From Antedon mediterranea (Eukaryota; Animalia; Echinodermata): a stretch of DNA of 64,000 nt. The notes under the pieces are model-generated. The model did no database searches, was not told the origin of the DNA, and was given only the letters and a program-made list of their open reading frames with translations. Of this stretch, positions 1 to 13,019 are shown piece after piece (position 1 is the first letter of the stretch; each line of letters begins with the position of its first letter). The stretch covers positions 8,781,888 through 8,845,887 of the forward strand of contig NC_092676.1 of NCBI RefSeq assembly GCF_964355755.1. The letters are read 5' to 3'. The translations under genes and the position numbers were made by a program.

Positions 1-2478
1 CCTAAACCATTTTTCATGATTTCAGCCCACTTGACCGGAATACATAACAGTGTGAAAGGAGCTTTAGAAAGCTTGTTCCTTACTATAGCTTCACTGATCC
101 TATGTTCCCCGATAGACCTTTGTCTGTAACTTGTAAGCTTCTTTCCTATCGTTGGACAAAGAGTATAATGTTGTATGTACAGATACAGCACATAGAACAT
201 TGCGAAAGAAAGATAAATCCGATGCATATCTATTGTTGGTGTTCAAATCTTGGTTGGGATGATTTTTCATTCATGGGTTTTTTTACGTTTAATTTTTATG
301 TTCACATACTATACATTTTTGCATTATCTGAAAGACTCTCTTTAAAACATGACTAAAAAACAGATCTGAATTTGCTATGTTATTCGAATAGGATAATTTA
401 TCTTTCAACAAGTTCTACTAAAGCACTATGTTACACATTTTATGTTAAAAACACATTGCAATGAGATCAATATCTTTACATTATATATTTTTTTAATAAA
501 TTACATCTGTTCCATTTTATAAATTTTATATAGGTTAACCTATAATACATTATAATAGCGAAAGTCAATTGTTTTCCCAGCTCATACTTTATTATTCTCA
601 AACAAACTTTTCAATTTTATCTAATGCATTGTATTATGTTGTGTTCCAGGTTAATGCTTTAGAGGGTTTTAGATAACAGGTTAATACGTGGAGTATAGTA
701 CGTATATCTAAATGTGTAATCTCTTCTTTCAGGTTAATCTGCCACATAAAAACATTAAATTGATATACTTTTATTATTTCTGATGATGACATTTAAGCTA
801 AATCTAACATACAGTGTATAATATCATCATCTGCCATCTCTGTAGAGTATGCTATTAGTGTATTTGAGGCAGTGGTGACATATGAACTCATCATCATTAT
901 CATTAGGTACTGAGTCCTGATAGATCTTCTAATAAAGTTCCTTTTAATGTACTATATCTAGATAAAGTGCTTGACAACCCCCCTAATTCGATGCTTTATA
1001 CAGTGCATTTTTAAAATATACCTTTTTCCAAGCAAAAAAGCCGAAAACATAGTTTCACCTTTTCACAAACTTGCTCTGAGAAGCCTGTTAAAGCTGTGCT
1101 CTATAGTAACTATTTGACATAACAATACTAAGGTAAAAGATATGTATCATATCTCCTGTAAATTCACACAATTTAGTACTGCTTTTAATTTTTTTTAAAA
1201 GAGTATATATTTGTGTATATTGACATTATTAATGTATATTTTGTATTTATTTATTGGAAATTTGACACCATAACGATACATACATCAATATTCATAGAGA
1301 AAAAAAAGGTACATAGACAATGGTGACACCCTGTTTCTTTAACTTATTATAAAGGGTAATGAGTTGTAGATATGAATTAATGTGAAATTTAGACCGTAAG
1401 TATGTTATGATGTCATCATATGGCCATCTGAATTTTTAAAATAGTTCTTTCGACACAGTTCGTCACATTCAATGAAGCGCATATCGCGTAAACATTTCTT
1501 CCAATTTTCAATAATGTTATTACTCAAAACATTCTCCTTCAGACATACTGTATGAACTTTATTTTTAATTTGAAAAGGTCATCATATTTAAATAATTAAA
1601 TAAACGTGAGTGGTGAAAATAAAAACTAACCCGTCAACTAAACCATTTACAATGCCAATATTGTCAACTGTTGATGATTTTGATTGATGCTATGATTGAT
1701 GTGGTGCAGCCTACTGTAGACTAAGCATAACAAATAGCATGTGCATGTTATGATGTGTTACGCGATAGCCTAACTCGTCACCGTGACCAGTTCAAATCTA
1801 GTTAATTTAGAAATTTGATATTTTTTTTGGCAATCTCATTCTCAATGTCATCTATATACAGTAATTTATATCATGAATTTAAATTACTTACCAAGAGATT
1901 AGAATCTGTTGTGTGCTTGTTTATTGGAAGATTCAGAAAACAATAGGTGACCAGCATTTACCAATTGCATACCATATTAATTATAACAATTTTTTTTTTC
2001 AATGTCATCTATGTAATTATAATTTAATTTCATGGATTTAAATTGCCTACTTTTCCTTATTTTTATTAAGGGCATACAAAAAGTGGCAGGTAAAATAGAA
2101 GAGACATGCCCTCAGTCAGTTGGTGATTATTAATAAACTGTAGCTAAATGTACAAAACTCATAATTGCCTACTTCAATGTCATTATCAAATCAGTAATCT
2201 TCATTTCATTTATTTTAATTGGACAGTAATCGGTAATAATCTTAAATTAATGAGAAATTTTTTTTAATTATTCAATAGTAAATTCAACATTAGCTAAAAA
2301 TAACATGTTGTATCAGTGTCTTCAGAAAACCATCAAACTGCGGTGAAAGAAAATTGAGAAGTTGAGAAGTGAAGCTTTGTAGAACTATATGTAAGCAAAA
2401 CATGCGAATGATTATTATTTTAGGTAATACCATCACCAGAACTTTTTGATTGAAATTAAATCCTTCAAAAACTATTAA

Positions 2479-2767
2479 AGATGTATTTTCCCTCAAAAAC
2501 AAGAAAATGAATAATTAAATCAGTCTTTCAATAGATTATTTTGTAGTTTTCTGTAGAAAAAAAAATGTTTTCACTTATCAAATGACAAAATAAATGGTTT
2601 AATTCAACCCAAAAACCGATTAGCTGGCAGCCAATTTGACTATTTGTAGCTTTCAATTACAGTTTTATCAGGTAAATACATTTTTTTTGGTCAAATAATG
2701 TGACCTTAAAAATGGCATAAACAACATTTTTCTCAGAATTGTTTTTTCAGGAGACAATTATACATCT
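2479..2767. mobile_element. Kolobok-like MITE (TTAA-flanked)
   Basis: Termini AGATGTA...TACATCT flanked by TTAA on both sides (2475-2478, 2768-2771). A diverged inverted copy lies at 30663-30990. The superfamily call rests on the TTAA target and purine-purine termini. Confidence 0.65.
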
Positions 2768-2790
2768 TTAACTATTGCAATTAAGTAAAA

Positions 2791-3460
2791 CAGTGGAACC
2801 GCTCCTTTGGGACACCCTAGTAAGGGGACACTTTGTTGGGTCCCAAAAGTGACCCTAATGGTTTTGTACTGTATTTCATCACAAATGAATTCACTGTCAC
2901 TGATGGGATGAGGTCATGAACTCTTCACAATATGTTGTAATATAGCCGTAAAACTGTAATGTGATAGACGTGTATACGAATGTATTGATCACTAATAGCT
3001 CCAAGACATTGATCCTAACAATATTAAATTATGTAATAATATTTGATATGCATTTTGTGCTGATAAGAAATAAAAGTTATTGAATTTGTATCCTCGCCTT
3101 TAGTTTCCAAAATTTATTTAATTACTGTGAGTGACGGAATCAATAGTAGTAGTATGCAAACTTTATAACTCTATTTAGAAATATTAAGTACACATGCATG
3201 GTGTGCTTTGTGGTAATATAAAGATGATATTTTATCTAATTTACCTATTAAGCTTGGTTCCCACTAGGACGCAACGCAAGAACGTAAACGCACCGCAAGC
3301 AAGTTGACCTATGACAAGCGACAGTTTGATTTATCTATCGATTGTGATTGGTCAAATCACTGTGCGTTGTGTTACGTCCTTGCGTTGCGTCCTAGTGGGA
3401 ACCAAGCTTTAGGGACACTTTAGTGATCCATTTAAGTGTCCCTTAAATAGGGTATCCTCT
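2791..3460. mobile_element. Degenerate Tigger/pogo-like non-autonomous element hosting a Harbinger MITE
   Basis: Begins CAGTGGAACC followed by GGGACAC motifs. GGGACAC/GTGTCCC motifs resume at 3411-3445 after the nested MITE. The right end is decayed. Confidence 0.35.
3251..3408. mobile_element. PIF/Harbinger-type MITE (family A)
   Basis: Long TIR AGCTTGGTTCCCACTAGGACGCAACGCAAG...CTTGCGTTGCGTCCTAGTGGGAACCAAGCT with a TTA target-site duplication on both sides. Confidence 0.85.
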
Positions 3461-4454
3461 AAATTGCGTGTGATATTGATTTTTTACTCCCTGTAGCATA
3501 GTTGTGATATTGTTTACCCTGTGGTGGTACGCAATGTGTGCGTATACACAATGTAACTTGCATTGGTGTGCAGCACTCGTTTGTGGAACTTGGTTGAATA
3601 AACAGTTTGTAAAGATACCAAAAAGTCATTTCTATATCTGAAATATATTACATGGGTTGACCATAGCGTAGAAACATATATTTTCGCTCATTCGTTTTGG
3701 AAAAGTTCCCTCTCGTAATAACCCTTGAATAGGGGTTTAGGGAGAGGTTATTATACTGTAGTGTAAGATTTTGAATGTGATTTAGATACAGTAAAATCCC
3801 TAATAGAGGTTTTCCCTTAATAGATATGTCCTGACGGAAAGGTTGTGATTTAGATAGTTTCATAAATGTTATCTTCTCCAACACCCAATTTCCCCAAAGG
3901 TTTAATGACATTGTTACAAATTCATTTCAATTGCTAATGTCCTAATGAATTTTACATATTTTATTTCAAATCCCATTTCCATGCTTTTACAAATGATCAT
4001 AAATTTGTAAATAATTACTTCATTTGAGTGTTATATTTTAGCCGTCCTTTTTCCTAATCCGTAAAATGTTTTCTTGAAATCTGAGTAGTGCCATTTGTCA
4101 ATTATTTTCCTGGGTTCATAGCCTGCCTCATTTAAAATTGATTTGGTGATCTAAGCAATCAATTATTGTGTATACCGTTAAGCCTCATATTATATCCAGT
4201 TTGTATTTGTAAGGGTTCTAAATCTCCGAGCTTCCGCTGATGGGCAATTCAATATTGAGAGACAGACTATGGCTGCATTTATCATCACTGGGTGGTTTAG
4301 AAGATGGGAGTATTAATCTTTGTATTTTACTATAAATTGTTTTAGTATTATTCATTTGGATATACAGTAGTATATAGCATTATTAAACAACTTCTATGTC
4401 CATATTCACAATTTACACTTACTGTAGACTATAGGAGTATGTCAACATTATTCT

Positions 4455-4624
4455 ACTGCAGTTACTGCAGTAAACTACATTTACTATTTTTTTATTCTTT
4501 AAAACAATATCTTATTAGCAAGCTGTTTATTGCAGTGACTTCCTCAAACTTCTACATTGAAGCGAACTAAAAGCTTAAATTAATGCAATATAAAATGTCA
4601 TTACTGCAGTATTCTGCAGTAGAT
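4455..4624. repeat. Short inverted-repeat element (CTACTGCAG motifs)
   Basis: TCTACTGCAGTTACTGCAGTAA...TTACTGCAGTATTCTGCAGTAGA. A related partial copy lies near 14172-14330. Confidence 0.45.
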
Positions 4625-5266
4625 TTCACCTTAAAGGGAAACACTCTTTATTTATTTTATCGAAGTAAATACCACTTCCTTAAATATCATTGAAAATATC
4701 TCACTTACAGTAAATGTAATGGTAAATAAGCCCACCCCAAAATTTAATTTCCGCACAAAATGATGATACAATAAAAGCTAAACCATTAGATAAATTATAT
4801 TGAATTTTCTTTCTTTTTTTTTGTTTATTTACCCAAAAATAAATTATAAACTTAAATAAAAACATTGGAAGGGCTCAAAAAGTTCAGCCCCTAAATTTTG
4901 GAAGACCACACCTTAATTTCACCCACCAACACAATTGTGTTTTTCAAGGCAGGTGTGGATATACCTGAGTTGTTAAAGTAATTTTGAATTATTTATATTT
5001 TTATACATAGATAATAATAATCTTAATGAACCATTAACACAACATCAATATCTCATACAGGATTTATTTTTATAATCTTTTAAAACCAAAGTTTGCCTTT
5101 GGTGTAATTATTATTAGATTTGTAGACCTTGATATAGACCATATTAATCTTGTAAACAACAATCCGAGTTCAACTATCTAGGTTTTTTTCTTTTGGGTCA
5201 TTTATGTTAAAAACAAACGTATTACTGACCTTTATTCCATTCATTCTTTATTTTAGTCTTTCAATA

Positions 5267-5523
5267 TCAAGTCAAGTCAAGTCAAGTCAAGTATCATTTA
5301 TTATCATTTGTTTTAAGAAAAAACATAGAAATTCTGTTTGCTCTGTTGGCGGAGCACAATATCCAATGGACACAACACAAACTCAAAAACAAAAACATTA
5401 TAAAAAAGTATCTACATTATGTTTAAGGCTCTAATAGCTCCTGGAAAGAAACTATTTGTAAATCGTGCCTTATTGGCCTTAATAGAACGAAATCGCCAAC
5501 CGCTGCGCATCAACTGGAACATA
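5267..5523 (-). mobile_element. Rex1/Babar-type LINE, 3' end
   Basis: Minus strand translates MFQLMRSGWRFRSIKANKARFTNSFFPGAIRALNIM* (stop at 5414-5412), the typical Rex1/Babar ORF C-terminus. It is followed by AATAAA (5302-5297) and a (CTTGA)5 microsatellite tail (5267-5291). Confidence 0.8.
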
Positions 5524-6568
5524 TAATCCGGGAGCCCATGAAGATTTGTTTAGCATTGCGAGTACAAAAGGTCTGAGGCATAGAATATGTCAAGTGGGGT
5601 CCTGGGACCATCAAACGGCCGTTCTTAAGTTCCCGCCCCTGTACCAACTCTAGGGAGGGGCGCTCAAAATACCCCAAAATGTGATTTAAATAGCATAATC
5701 GAGTACATAAATGAAACCAATGTTAAAATGTTTTTTTTTAGGGTCTAATTGAAGATCCGTCATTCTTAAGTGGGAGCTCCTGCACCTAGTCCACTTAAGA
5801 AAGCCACTAATTAGCATTTTAATTAACATGATCGAGTACATCGATGAAACCTTTGACAATACAATAAGTACATTTACCTAACTGAGAAAACGTAATTCTT
5901 AAGTGCCAAATCCTGTACCATGACCCCTTAAGAAAGGGTCAAAGGTCAATATATGTCCCATCTAGACTTAATTAACATAATGAGTACACATGTAATACCA
6001 ATGCAAAAATGTTTATTTTTAGAGTCTAATTGAAGATCCGTCATTCTTAAGTGTCAACTCCTGTACCTAGTCCACTTAAGAAAGCCATTAATTAGCGCTA
6101 ATTAACATTTTAATTAGCATAATCGAGTACATCAATATAACCTTCGGCAATACAATAAGTATGTTTAGCCAACCGAGAAAACGTAATTCTTAAGTGCCAA
6201 ATCCTGTACCATGACCCCTTAAGAAAGGGTCAAAGGTCAATGTATGTCCCATCCGGACTTAATTAAAATAATGAGTACACATGTGAAACCAATGCTAAAA
6301 TGTTTATTTTTTAGTTTAATTGAAGATCTATCATTCTTAAGTATCAACTCACGTCCTGTACCTAATCTGCTTAAGAAAGTAATTAATTAGTGGTCATTAA
6401 AAGTAGCATGATCAAGTACATCGATGAAACCTTGGAAAGTACAATAAGTAAGTTTAACCAACTGAGAAAACGTAAAGTGCCAAATCCTGTACCATGGCCC
6501 CTTAAGAAAGGGTCATAGGTCAATGTATGTCCCACCTGAACTTTAATTAGCATAGTTAGTGGTACATA

Positions 6569-7460
6569 GGTTCCGACCGGTTGCCACCTGGCCTTTTGCC
6601 AGCCTATTTCGACACCGGACCATTTCCACCCAGTCCATTTTGCCACTCGGGCTTTTGCCACCCGGCCTTTTGCCTCCTGATCTGAGAGTGTTATTTGCCC
6701 TTCTTAATTAGGCCTGCAATTAAATTAAAATGAACGCAAGATTAAAATGTGTAAATCATTTTAATTAATAAATTGCTTTTCTATGGTATAGACCCAGATG
6801 TTTAAAGTTTTCCGATAATTGTTAAAGTAGACCACCTTGTTTACCACTTAATTTGTATTTTATCCAAATAAATGTATACAATTTCGTTACTGATTTCATG
6901 ATATGCAGAATCTTCAATGGACTGTCACAAAACAATTCGTAAAAACAACTGTTTAATTAACATTCATCAGTAGCATTTCCACTGGATGAGAATATAGAGC
7001 CTAATTATCTCTATATCGTGATATTAGATTTTTTTTTAATCCCACGATCTTGTATACCATCATTGGTCACAGATGGATCTCAGATCATGATGGTTTAATG
7101 AATTGGCTCCCCCAGTCACAAATAATTGTACTGAGAGCAGGGAAAAGTATAGACCTATTATATATTCGCCCAGACGCTATGCGCCTTTGTAGCAAGCACG
7201 CCAGTTTGCAGCAGGCCGGGTGGCAACAGGCTAGTTGGAAACTAAGCGATGGCCACAGACTGGGTGGAAAATGGCCGGGTGGCAACAGGCCTGGTGTCAA
7301 ATGGCCGGTAGTGGCAATTGGCCGGGTGCCAGGGCCCAGGTGTCAAAAGGCCTAAGGTGGCAATATGCCACATGCGTTCGGGTAGCAAAGGACTGGGCGG
7401 CAAAGGGCCAAGTGGTAATGTGCCGGGTGGCAATTTGCCGGGTGGAAACAATGAGAAACC
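6569..7460. mobile_element. Nested element with inverted subterminal ~15-bp GC-rich repeat arrays (MULE/foldback-like)
   Basis: TTGCCACCCGGCC-type repeats at 6569-6675 face GGCCGGGTGGCAA repeats at 7213-7460, with ends GGTT...AACC. The host ~290-bp repeat unit breaks at 6568 and resumes at ~7471. Confidence 0.65.
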
Positions 7461-7629
7461 GTGAGAAAACAATGTGAAACCAATTCTGAAATGTTTATAT
7501 TTAGAGACAGCTGAAGATCCATCACCTGTATGCCTACCCATTCCGCTTATTAAGAAAACCAGTAATAATAATAATGTAAAATATTAATGGACGAAGACGG
7601 AATCCTAAAAAGATGAAGATCTTGTGGCA

Positions 7630-7795
7630 GGATTGAATGGTGTTATTAGTAGCAAAAAGATACACCTTGTCCTTGCTGGTAAAAGGATTGAATGGTGTTA
7701 TTAGTAGCAAAAAGATACACATTGTCCTTGCTGGTAAAAGGATTGAATGGTGTTATTAGTAGCAAAAAGATACACCTTGTCCTTGCTGGTAAAAG
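7630..7795. repeat. Tandem repeat 3 x 55 bp
   Basis: GGATTGAATGGTGTTATTAGTAGCAAAAAGATACACCTTGTCCTTGCTGGTAAAA at 7630, 7685 and 7740, nearly identical. Confidence 0.95.
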
Positions 7796-7799
7796 AATT

Positions 7800-8330
7800 A
7801 ATGTCCTTGATCATTTGAGTTTAAGAAGTAAAGGAAGGAAAAATAAATGGGAGTAATGGGATGGGCGCCCGATAGATAATTAGAAGCATTTTTGCAGAAT
7901 ATGAAATTACGGATGTTTGTTGGGTTGGCCAAGACAATATTAGGATAGCTCGAACAAGGAAGGATGAGTTAAGTTTGAGAATACTAGAGGGGAGGAAGGA
8001 AGATAACTTGATAGGATTCCAAGACACTTTTTTCTCATTTTCTTAGAGAGTTTCCATGATGAGAGGGCTGTTATTAATGATAACCCAATGAAATTTAATA
8101 GATTTAACTGATGGGATTTCATGGTTTTCAATAAAGTTTTAAGTATGGACACATCATTATTATAACTCCAAATACGATGTTATGATTGGGTTGAGGGAGA
8201 GTTTGTTAGGAGCAAAGTAGTGGGACAAGGAGATAACATTATTACAGTATAATTAGTATTAAGAGTTTGAATGTTTTCATACAGTGGTATGCATTCGCGT
8301 AACGAAAAATTAATTTTGAGGAGCGCGGTG
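7800..8330 (-). pseudogene. Heavily decayed LINE (CR1/L2-like) endonuclease remnant, tentative
   Basis: Frameshifted minus-strand pieces IQTLNTNYTVIMLS, LPQPNHNIVFGVI and PLIM occur in the order expected for APE motifs, but the catalytic residues are lost. Confidence 0.3.
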
Positions 8331-10456
8331 AACATCAGCGATGTAAAGAGTGAAACGAGGCATCAGGTACTGATATTGCGGTCAAGTCATCCTGATGTAT
8401 CAGCGTGGTTAGATGTTGGAAGAAAAACCGTAGATACATCAGCAACACCAATGTACGAGTTACTTTGACTATAGCTTTTGCTAAAGCCACTACCAGGGCA
8501 AAAAGAAGGCTTGATGCTGGTTTGCGAAGAACTTTGAGTTCCATAATTTGTAAAATGGCTGTTTGAATTTTCTATTTTCATTTTTAGTGACCGTTAAAGT
8601 GTTACTGTGTTTATAAAAAAACAAGATGTTCTGTTAGTGTTAAAAATAGATGATGTCCTTTAGAACTTCATCCAAATGAGTTGAAATAAAAGTTTTTACT
8701 TGAAAATTGATATAAAATCCTTTGAGTGGTTTAATGTTGCATTATTTAATTATTGTATACTTTTCTTCGTTCTAAAATCTGCTTTGTTTAGTAAACTAAG
8801 TTCATTTCTTACGGTAATGCGAGTGACAGGACTTTTTTGTTAAAATGTCAAATATTTTTAAAATCTATGTAATGTTGAATTTTTTTATTATCCTATTTTA
8901 TACTTTAAAAGTATAGCAATTAAAAATATAAGATCTTTTGATTCATATATGTTTAGTTTAAGGACACGTTCTTATCAAATCTAATCAAATTTTTGTTGTG
9001 TCCTTTTTGTGTAATGCGTGTGACAGAATTTCGCAATGGCGTCATTGTCGAAGTAAAGACATACAATTTTTTTTTGTATTTTATTAAAGACTTGCACCTA
9101 AAGTATGTTCATATAAAACATTGACTTAAAAATCCAATTAGTCTAAGCTTTGTACTTTCTATACTAACAAAAATGACTGTAATGTGTAATGCGAGTGACC
9201 ATGGAATTGCCCATATATCAAACGGCTGGAATCTGGAAAGTGGATATGACATGAAGGAACCCAGATGGCAGACCAGGAGAAAATGTGAGGAATGATAACG
9301 ACGTTGACAATGCAGTCTCTTCTGATTAGTTTGCATGTGATTTGTAGTATTAAACTTTTACTACAATTCATAATTTGAAACTATTTGGACATAATTATCA
9401 TATTGTCATTTCATTTGCCAGAATTGATACGTACTGGAATTTAATATTTTTTTAAAATTTTGTTTACTTAAATCTTAACAGAATACTACTAATTTTAATA
9501 AACGTTTTCAAAATGCAAAGGTCTCTATCTACGTCGTTTAAAAACATAACTTAGAATCTTTATCTTTATATGGCGTTAATGCTAAATAAGTCTATATAAG
9601 TTTATAGCATATATAGTCATTCTAATTAATATGCTAATTACCAGCTTTCTGAAATTAGTTGACAGAAGTTGCCATTTAAGGAAAATACTAAAAATAAATA
9701 TTTTATAATTTTCTTCAGTATGCATAATCAAGTTTTTTTTTAAACAGAAACGGACCTTTGACCCTTTCTTAAGGGGTCATGGTACAGGATTTGGTTGGGC
9801 AAACGTTGTATTGTATTGTATTGCCGAAGGTTCTATTGATGTACTCGATTGTGCTAATTAAAATGTTAATTAGCGCTAATTAATGGCTTTCTTAAGTGGA
9901 CTAGGTACAGGAGTTGACACTTAAGAATGACTGATCTTCAATTAGACTCTAAAAATAAACATTTTTGCATTGGTTTTACAGGTGTACTGATTATGTTAAT
10001 TAAGTATAGGTGAGACATATATTGACCTTTGACCCTTTCTTAAGGGGTCATGGTACAGGATTTGGCACTTAAGAATTACGTTTTCTCAGTTGGGTAAATG
10101 TACTTATTGTTTTGCCCAAGGTTTCATCGATGTACTCGACCATGCTAATTAAAATGCTAATTAGCGCTAATTAGTGGCTTTCTTAAGTGGACTAGGTACA
10201 GGAGCTGCACTTAAGAATGACGGATCTTCAATTAGACCCTAAAAATAAAAATTTTAACATTGGTTTCATTTATGTACTCGATTATGCTAATTAAATCAAA
10301 TTTTGGGATATTTTGAGCGCCCCTCCCTAGAGTTGGTACAGGGGCGGGAACTTAAGAACGGCCGTTTGATGGTCCCAGGACCCCACTTGACATATTGTAT
10401 GCCTCAGACCTTTTGTACTCGCAATGCTAAACAAATCTTCATGGGCTCCCGGACTA

Positions 10457-10655
10457 AACTAGAGGCCGGATGAAATTGATTATCTTTGATAGCCACTGCC
10501 TTTTTCAGAAGACGATCCGAAATATGTTCTCCAAAGGCAATTGTGCAGATCCAATTATACGCGATGCGGTCTTGACTATTCTATTTAGGTCACGCTTTTC
10601 ATTTTTGAACGGTGACGAAAAACAACGAACGAAAGCAATTAGAAAAGAATTAGGC
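10457..10655 (-). mobile_element. Rex1/Babar-type LINE, upstream part (5'-truncated)
   Basis: EKRDLNRIVKTASRIIG..LPLENIF, then after a frameshift RLLKKAVAIKDNQFHPASS, which joins directly onto MFQLMRSG on the other side of the 4.9-kb insertion. Confidence 0.8.
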
Positions 10656-10659
10656 TTGG

Positions 10660-11330
10660 ATTGTAGCTGATATGTATCATCTTGCATACAAGCAGTAGAT
10701 TTAAAGAATAAATGTATACCAACCCTATAATTATTGGATATAATTACTTATTTTTGTTAGATCAACATACGCAAAAAATGTTATGTCACTGTTTACTGGC
10801 GATCATATCGCGGATTGCTTCAAATACTGTCTCGGCCCCTATTTCAAAATCCTCGATCTGGTTTCCATAATAAAGTTATTGAACTGGTAGGTTGACCCAG
10901 TGAAAACTGTAGTACAGAATCCCCGATACTTATCAAAAGATACGCTGGGAGTATACATGAGCTAACCTCTAGTTTGAAGTCATTTACGTTGGGCTTGGTT
11001 GCTTTCTGGATTGGAGACCATCTGGGAATTGTCTTGGGTGCTGTATATACTGGAGAGTGATGATCTAATGGTAATAATGTACTCATATGTTCGATCTCTA
11101 CCATACTGATTATATCTTTAGGCGAGCTGCTTTACTCTCATTGCCTCATTTCAATGTAAAGCTGTTGGTCTTGTGTACAGACATATACTAAAAGCGTAGG
11201 GAATTGTCTCCCGGTGTACTGATCTGGTAGGCACTGCATGTCTGACTGCCATGGGTCCGTTTCCTCAGTTTCCAGCCTGAAAACCAGATTACCTTTTACA
11301 GTATCTAAGAAGACTGATTCTACCATCAGA
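10660..11330 (-). pseudogene. Decayed LINE ORF2-like fragment, tentative
   Basis: Two adjacent minus ORFs. DHHSPVY...PRW..QKA resembles the end of an APE domain, and FEIGAETVFEAIRDM resembles the pre-RT region. There are multiple stops. Confidence 0.3.
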
Positions 11331-13019
11331 ACAATGAGTGTTTAGAACCAATACTATATATATTTTAGTTTGTGGTGGTGTTGTCTCAACAACCCAGCTA
11401 CTCGACTAAACATTGATGTCATACGGAGATGAAAAATGTCTGTATTAATCATATTCTGTGAAAATAAGATCCAACAAAATCACTTTTATAATCAATTTTC
11501 ATAATCTTTGAGCTCCCCATAATTTGTTCAAAGCCCTTTGCATGTGATAACATTAAATAATATCAATCTCCAGTGAGATTTTTTCTTCTATTTTATTTTA
11601 CCTAAGGACATACTCTATAATACCATCCCTGACTTTCAAAAATATTATAACTCAGAAATTAATAACAATATAGGCGGTCATGATAGTACTTTTATGTACT
11701 GGTGTATTAGTTTTTACGTCCAATTACAGTAAGTTGATGTCATTTTGTAAAAATGATTATTTTAATTAAATTTAAATTATTATTATTAATATTTATTAAC
11801 AATTATTCATTGCTTATGATGTCAGGTATTGTTCAGGATATCCTGTGATTTGCATATAGCCACTGTAATTCAATCACAAAAACATAGTATAAACTAAGGT
11901 CATATTGTCAGGCTTTGAACCCAAGACCCAGATATTTTCTGGCACTAATCTTTAATACCACTAAATTTACATGGCCATGTTTGCTGTCCATACATAATGA
12001 ACGTGTTTATAAAAAAAACCAATAATTAGGTCATAAAAGGTCAAAAAGAATTGATAGAAGCCCTTATGGGATGCATGAAGAATTTGGACCAAAGAATTTT
12101 ATTTTTCAATCTATTTCAGTATGCTCACAATTATCAATTATCGTTGCTGCTTTTGCATGTGAATGATTATATAAATGTATAGTTCAATCGCAATAAGCAA
12201 TTAACCAGAACCTATTGATGCCTTCAAGCCTTGATTGGCTTACTAATAATGTGCTTAAAAACTTATATAAGATATTTTAATATCCGTAAATTATACAATT
12301 CAAACGATCCATCTTCTACAAGAATATAGAAATGTTTTTCTCATGAGACAGTTATTAGTTGACTGATTAATGCAATCTATGTAATTATAATTCTTTAATA
12401 ACCAAAATTAATAAAAATTCATAGCATAATCATGCGTCCAGGTACTATGAAATGATGAAAAATATTTAGCATGAAGTGATCTAAAAATAATCTATATTAT
12501 AATACCACTAATAATCAAAACTTTGACCTATTCCCTCACATGACTGATGTCAATGAGCTGGGGCATTTTTTAGTTCCTCTTTAGCTATTTGGAATATTAG
12601 CATGGCAAGTTTTGTATAAAAACAATGTTCTTTACGACAGTCAAATGTTGCTGTAATTCTTAAGGAATTTCTTCACTCCACAATTAGGTCACTCAAAATG
12701 CATTGTTAACTAGATACAATTCAGTAACAACATCCAAATTACACATTTTCAGATATTTCAGTTATTGATGTTCCAAATACACACGACAATAATTATACTG
12801 TATTATTGCTATGCACAATGCTATTATTATGTTATGCTTCTTACACTGCATATGAAAATAATGACATAAAATCAATATGCTTTGTTAAAATCAATCTGTG
12901 AACCTTTTAAAATGTTACTCAAACAATATTAGAAAAACTAATCAATAGTACGTTCCAATTTTGTTCTCTTACAGTGGAAGTGAAGTTTAACGTATTTATA
13001 CTAAAATCAAAAGATGGTA

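Larger units (their letters stand above)
5524..10456. mobile_element. Non-autonomous DNA transposon with ~700-bp TIRs (possibly Academ-like)
   Basis: 5524-~6239 is the reverse complement of ~9752-10456 (TAATCCGGGAGCCCATGAAGATTTG... / ...CAAATCTTCATGGGCTCCCGGACTA). It interrupts a Rex1 ORF. No intact transposase is present. The superfamily is inferred only from the TA(G/A) termini. Confidence 0.85.

Noticed and set aside
102-356. 84-aa ORF at the window start
   Set aside because: No recognisable motif and no supported splice structure. It could be a UTR or a fragment of a gene outside the window, but I cannot support that.
6383-7541. Overlapping W/G/Q/P-rich ORFs
   Set aside because: Translations of GC-rich 15-bp subterminal repeats, with no domain signature.
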